From the NCBI GenBank assembly GCA_051362555.1, contig CM120644.1, positions 19,800,534-19,864,533 on the forward strand: DNA of 64,000 bases. Direction: 5' to 3'. The translations under genes were made by a program, and so were the position numbers. This stretch comes from Lingula anatina (Eukaryota; Animalia; Brachiopoda). The notes under the pieces were generated by a model. It was given only the letters and a program-made list of their open reading frames with translations, searched no databases and was not told the DNA's origin. Shown piece after piece: positions 63,470-64,000 of this stretch; the first letter of the stretch is position 1; each line of letters opens with the position of its first letter.

Positions 63470-64000
63470 TTTTCGTCGATCGTGTAACTAATCTCGTCGA
63501 TCGTCAAACTGTTTTCGTCGATCGTGTAACTATTCTCGTCGATCGTCTAATCTCGTCGATCGTGTAACTATATATTCTCATCGATCGTCTCATCGATCGA
63601 TCGCCAGAGGGCGCTGCGGTAGCAACACGTGCTTCTGTCTGTCAATCACGCGGTAATTTTTAACTCGGCCAGCCATGGTCAGAGTTAAGCACAACTAGAA
63701 AATAATGTCCCTACAACCGAATATCTTTTAATTATTAACAACTAAAATTGAAATTGTTGAGAAAATGTTCTTATTTCACTAGCAATCATTTTGTTGTCTG
63801 CCATTTTGATAGTCATGTGAAAGGCCAATGTGCTACCGCAGCGCCCTCTGGCGATCGATCGATGAGACGATCGACGAGAATAGACGATCGATGAGAATAG
63901 TTACACGATCGACGAGATTAGACGATCGATGAGAATAGTTACACGATCGACGAGATTAGTTGGACGATCGACGAGATTAGACGATCGACGAGAATAGTTA
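63470..64000. mobile_element. Foldback/MITE with CGATCG-rich tandem arms (extends past the window)
   Basis: Arm ending ...CGATCGATCGCCAGAGGGCGCTGCGGTAGCA (to 63624) is mirrored by TGCTACCGCAGCGCCCTCTGGCGATCGATCG... from 63831. Confidence 0.8.

Overview
AT-rich eukaryotic DNA with GT-AG introns and microsatellites. Its repeat content resembles a marine invertebrate, possibly a mollusc; this is an inference. Bases 1-~57 kb are a dense, nested transposon graveyard. It holds an intact-looking CxxH-type (hAT-like) DDE transposase ORF running off the left edge, and two PF20700/Kolobok-like transposase relics. The 3' end of an LTR retrotransposon is present (C2H2 zinc-finger accessory ORF, polypurine tract, ~1.7 kb LTR with a GATA-rich satellite). 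There are also EnSpm/CACTA, Tc1/mariner, ZNF862-like hAT, P-element, Harbinger, Academ-like, LINE and Helentron-like remains, many MITEs, and TE-type accessory domains (SGNH hydrolase, TatD, env/F-like fusion protein, BEN, PHD, OB-fold, YqaJ exonuclease). The only clear intact host gene lies at 58.5-59.9 kb (+). It is spliced and encodes a 122-aa secreted prepropeptide whose predicted 77-aa mature part has 14 Cys and a PLA2-like C-x-x-H-D motif, so it looks like a toxin or defence peptide. All family assignments come from manual motif recognition, not database searches.
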